Positions 34,868 to 37,817 of a stretch of DNA of 37,817 bases are shown one piece after another. This DNA comes from an uncultured Candidatus Saccharibacteria bacterium (lineage in GTDB: Bacteria; Patescibacteriota; WWE3; CAZQQZ01): assembly GCA_964595755.1 (NCBI GenBank), contig CAZQQZ010000002.1:1-37817 (forward strand), read 5' to 3'. Both the position numbers and the translations under genes were made by a program. Each line of letters starts with the position of its first letter. Within the stretch, counting starts at the first letter, position 1. The notes beneath the pieces are model-generated. The model made no database searches. It saw only the letters and a list, made by a program, of their open reading frames with translations, and had not been told where the DNA came from.

Positions 34868-35201
34868 ATCACGGAATAATATGTTGTTTTAATTTCCAAA
34901 ATGTGGGATCGGGCAGAAAATTTCATCGCAATTAAATTGAAATGGTTATTGATTTATTTGTCAATAGGGGAGTATTTTGGAATGCCGCTGTTACGAGTAA
35001 AAATGGTAAAAAAATGTGTGTAAAAAAATGCAAAAATTATGAAATTTTTTGATTGAATTCCTGAATTAAAAATGTAGCTGAGAGACTTGTCTCGCCAATT
35101 TTATTTAATTAATTCAATTCAAACTAATTGGCGACATAAATGTCGCGGCTACTAAGATATAATTCACACGATGTTAAATTTTTTGTTATAATCTTTTGGT
35201 C

Positions 35202-37802
35202 ATGGAAACAAACGATAATATCGACGCCCCTAAAAAAGAAGAGAAGGTCTCCCAATTCCCGGGAGAAAAGATAATTCCCGCCAATATCAATGACGAAATG
35301 GAAAAGGCTTACCTTGATTACGCGATGAGCGTCATCGTGGCAAGGGCCTTGCCCGCCGTAAATGACGGATTAAAACCAGTGCAAAGACGCATTATTTATG
35401 CGATGCATAAGCAAGGAAACACTCCCACCGCCCGTTATTCAAAATGCGCTTCCGTCGTTGGGGAAACCATGAAAAAATACCACCCTCACGGAGATTTACC
35501 GATTTATGATGCCCTGGTCAGAATGGCTCAAAGTTTCTCAATGCGTTACCTTTTGGTTGACGGGCAGGGAAATTTCGGCTCGGTTGATGGCGACCCGCCG
35601 GCGGCTATGCGTTACACCGAATGTCGTCTTGCTCCCTTATCTTCAGAACTTTTGGAAGATATAGAAAAAGAAACGGTTGATTTTATTCAAAACTACTCTG
35701 GAGATGACGAAGAACCAGTGTTGCTACCAGCGAAACTCCCAAATTTACTGCTAAATGGAGCCGCTGGCATTGCCGTTGGAATGGCTACCAGCATCCCCCC
35801 ACACAACTTAACCGAACTTATTGACGCCATTAATTTCGCCATTGAAAACCCGCTTCCCCCTAAACTAGCCGAAGAAGAATCAGAACAAAAAGAGCCTGAA
35901 GAAAAAACCCAAGCGGAACCTGTTTTTGAATCCGCCGCCACTTTACCTGATTTATTAAAATTTATTAAAGGACCGGATTTTCCAACCGGCGGAACAATCT
36001 ATGACAAAGAAGCAATCGCGGGAATTTACGCCACCGGTCGTGGACCAGTAATAATGAGGGCCAAAACGGAAATTGAGGAAGTCAAAGGAGGGCGGTTTGT
36101 AGTCGCCATTTACGAACTTCCATATCAGGTCAATAAAGCCTTTTTAGTTGCCAAAATCGCCGAGCTAGTTAAGGACAAAAAAGTGGAAGGAATTTCTGAT
36201 CTTAGAGATGAATCGGATCGAAGGGGGATGAAGGTAGTGGTCGAGCTTAAAAGAGACGCCAGACCCCAACAAGTCTTGAACCTCCTTTTTAAACATACGG
36301 AACTGCAAAAAACTTTCAACGCCAATTTTGTCGCTCTCGTTGATGGGGAGCCAAAAACTTTAACCCTAAAAATGATACTTGAGGAATTTATCAGGCATCG
36401 TCAAAATGTGGTTATTCGAAGAACCATTTACTTACTTAAAAAAGCCAAAGAAAGAGAGCACATTCTTCTTGGACTTAAGATTGCCCTTGATCATTTAGAT
36501 GAAGTGATTAGAACTATCCGGGAATCGGCCGACGCGGAAGTGGCAAAGATTAGCTTAATGAAAAAATTTGGCTTAAGCGAAATTCAAGCGGTGGCGATTT
36601 TGGATATGCAGCTTCGAAAACTAGCCGCTCTTGAGAGAAAGAAAATCGAGGAAGAGCTGACGGAACTCCTTGCCCGAATTGCAGATCTTGAAGATTTACT
36701 AAAGTCAAATGACAGAATTCTTGGAATAATCAAAAACGAACTTTCGCAATTGAAGGAAAAATACGGCGACGCTCGAAAAACAAAGGTGATTGCCGGTAAA
36801 ATTGGCGAATTTTCTGAAGAGGAACTGGTGGCCGAGGAAGGAGCGGTGGTCGTTTTAACCGCTGGCGGCTATATCAAACGAACAAATCCCGAGGCTTACC
36901 GATCGCAAGGAAGAGGAGGAAAGGGAGTCTCCGCGGGAACTCTTAAAGAAGAGGATCAAATTTATGACATTGTCAGTTTAAGCACTCACGATAACGTTTT
37001 CTTCTTTACCGATAAAGGTAAGGTTTACAAAGTCAAGGGCTGGGAAATTCCGGAAGCCTCAAGAACAGCCAAGGGTACTCCCATTGTTAATGTGATCGAT
37101 ATTGCTCAAGGAGAGGCCATTCGCGCCATTCTCCCCATTCCTCAAACTAAAGTCGAGGGGTCGTTCCTGTTTATGGTCACAAGGGGCGGAACGGTCAAGA
37201 AAACCGCCCTAAACGAATTTGAAAATATTAGAAAATCAGGAATTATCGCGATCTCGCTTTCAGAAGGGGACGAACTTCGCTGGGTCAAACATACTTTTGG
37301 AAAAAATGAAATTATAATGACCACTTCCTTTGGCCAGTCAATTAGATTTTTTGAAAAAGATGTTAGGTCGATGGGCAGAAACGCCGGAGGGGTGATCGGA
37401 ATGAAACTAGAAAACGGTGACACGGTCGTGGGCACGGATTCCATCAAAGAGGAAGATGTTAAAGATAACAAGACCAAGCTCCTCGTCATCTCTGAAAAGG
37501 GTTATGGCAAAAAAACTTCCTTGTCTGAATATCGAAGCCAAAATCGCGGGGGATCGGGGATTAAAACGATGAACGTGACTGACAAAACGGGGCACTTAGT
37601 CGGCGCCAAGCTTTTGGCAAACGACGAGGCAGAGATTATGGTCACTTCCAAAAATGGCCAAATAATTAAGGTAACCGCCAGCGAATTTTCTAAACTTTCC
37701 CGCGCCACTCAAGGGGTAAGAATTATGAAAGTGGATGAGGGAGATCAAATTGCCGCGCTTGCTTGCTTTGAGGAAGATGCACCCGAACCCGAAAAAGAAT
37801 AG
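35202..37802 (+). CDS. gyrA: DNA gyrase subunit A
   Basis: The tracked ORF starts with TTG at 35196. The ATG at 35202 gives METNDN. It has [29 protein letters not shown], a catalytic-Tyr region (AAMRYTE) and C-terminal beta-pinwheel repeats. Confidence 0.95.
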   Translation: METNDNIDAPKKEEKVSQFPGEKIIPANINDEMEKAYLDYAMSVIVARALPAVNDGLKPVQRRIIYAMHKQGNTPTARYSKCASVVGETMKKYHPHGDLPIYDALVRMAQSFSMRYLLVDGQGNFGSVDGDPPAAMRYTECRLAPLSSELLEDIEKETVDFIQNYSGDDEEPVLLPAKLPNLLLNGAAGIAVGMATSIPPHNLTELIDAINFAIENPLPPKLAEEESEQKEPEEKTQAEPVFESAATLPDLLKFIKGPDFPTGGTIYDKEAIAGIYATGRGPVIMRAKTEIEEVKGGRFVVAIYELPYQVNKAFLVAKIAELVKDKKVEGISDLRDESDRRGMKVVVELKRDARPQQVLNLLFKHTELQKTFNANFVALVDGEPKTLTLKMILEEFIRHRQNVVIRRTIYLLKKAKEREHILLGLKIALDHLDEVIRTIRESADAEVAKISLMKKFGLSEIQAVAILDMQLRKLAALERKKIEEELTELLARIADLEDLLKSNDRILGIIKNELSQLKEKYGDARKTKVIAGKIGEFSEEELVAEEGAVVVLTAGGYIKRTNPEAYRSQGRGGKGVSAGTLKEEDQIYDIVSLSTHDNVFFFTDKGKVYKVKGWEIPEASRTAKGTPIVNVIDIAQGEAIRAILPIPQTKVEGSFLFMVTRGGTVKKTALNEFENIRKSGIIAISLSEGDELRWVKHTFGKNEIIMTTSFGQSIRFFEKDVRSMGRNAGGVIGMKLENGDTVVGTDSIKEEDVKDNKTKLLVISEKGYGKKTSLSEYRSQNRGGSGIKTMNVTDKTGHLVGAKLLANDEAEIMVTSKNGQIIKVTASEFSKLSRATQGVRIMKVDEGDQIAALACFEEDAPEPEKE

Positions 37803-37817
37803 CTGTACATTTCACTA

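Noticed and set aside
34591-35201. A replication origin (oriC) in the AT-rich gyrB-gyrA spacer.
   Set aside because: I found no cluster of DnaA boxes (TTATCCACA/TGTGGATAA), only one weak partial match (TGTGGGATC). dnaA and dnaN are not adjacent.

Overview
This is a 37.8-kb, AT-rich, tightly packed bacterial chromosome segment. I found no rRNA genes, CRISPR arrays, transposases or integrases. The gene content and style suggest a small-genome, monoderm, Candidate Phyla Radiation/Patescibacteria-like organism; that is inference only. In map order the window contains: tRNA-Ala; a TrpR/YerC-like regulator bracketed by two 28-bp palindromes; a UvrD/PcrA helicase; a small ORF plus dinB operon; a 730-aa secreted protein with a dockerin-like module; a FemAB-family transferase; trpS; a promoter-to-terminator RNA unit with two aberrant tRNA-like modules and a GC-rich hairpin; tyrS; and a membrane-anchored cohesin-like protein. 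Next comes a 9.4-kb type IV pilus locus (pilB-pilT-pilC-pilD plus about 9 pilin-like genes), then rpsF-ssb-rpsR, an S41 protease, HtrA and a 940-aa secreted protein. The rest is an RF1 homolog lacking domain 1 with a relic RF 3' end beside it, rpmE, an MBL-fold hydrolase, dnaB, a NYN protein, holB, a PSP1/YaaT-like gene, gyrB, a 600-bp signal-rich spacer, and gyrA. The points most worth follow-up are: (1) the tRNA-like/GC-hairpin transcription unit between trpS and tyrS, next to a FemAB gene; (2) the trp-operator-like palindromes around the TrpR-like gene and upstream of uvrD; (3) the domain-1-less RF1 and its relic; (4) the gyrB-gyrA spacer, which has a perfect SD plus an 11-codon Lys-rich ORF and a small promoter-ORF-terminator unit; (5) many genes whose ATG lies 6-9 nt after a -10 box with no SD, suggesting leaderless mRNAs; (6) AT-rich 7/8/11-nt repeat arrays in the pilus-locus spacers and at the start of one pilin gene. 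All functional calls come from motif recognition by eye; no searches were run.
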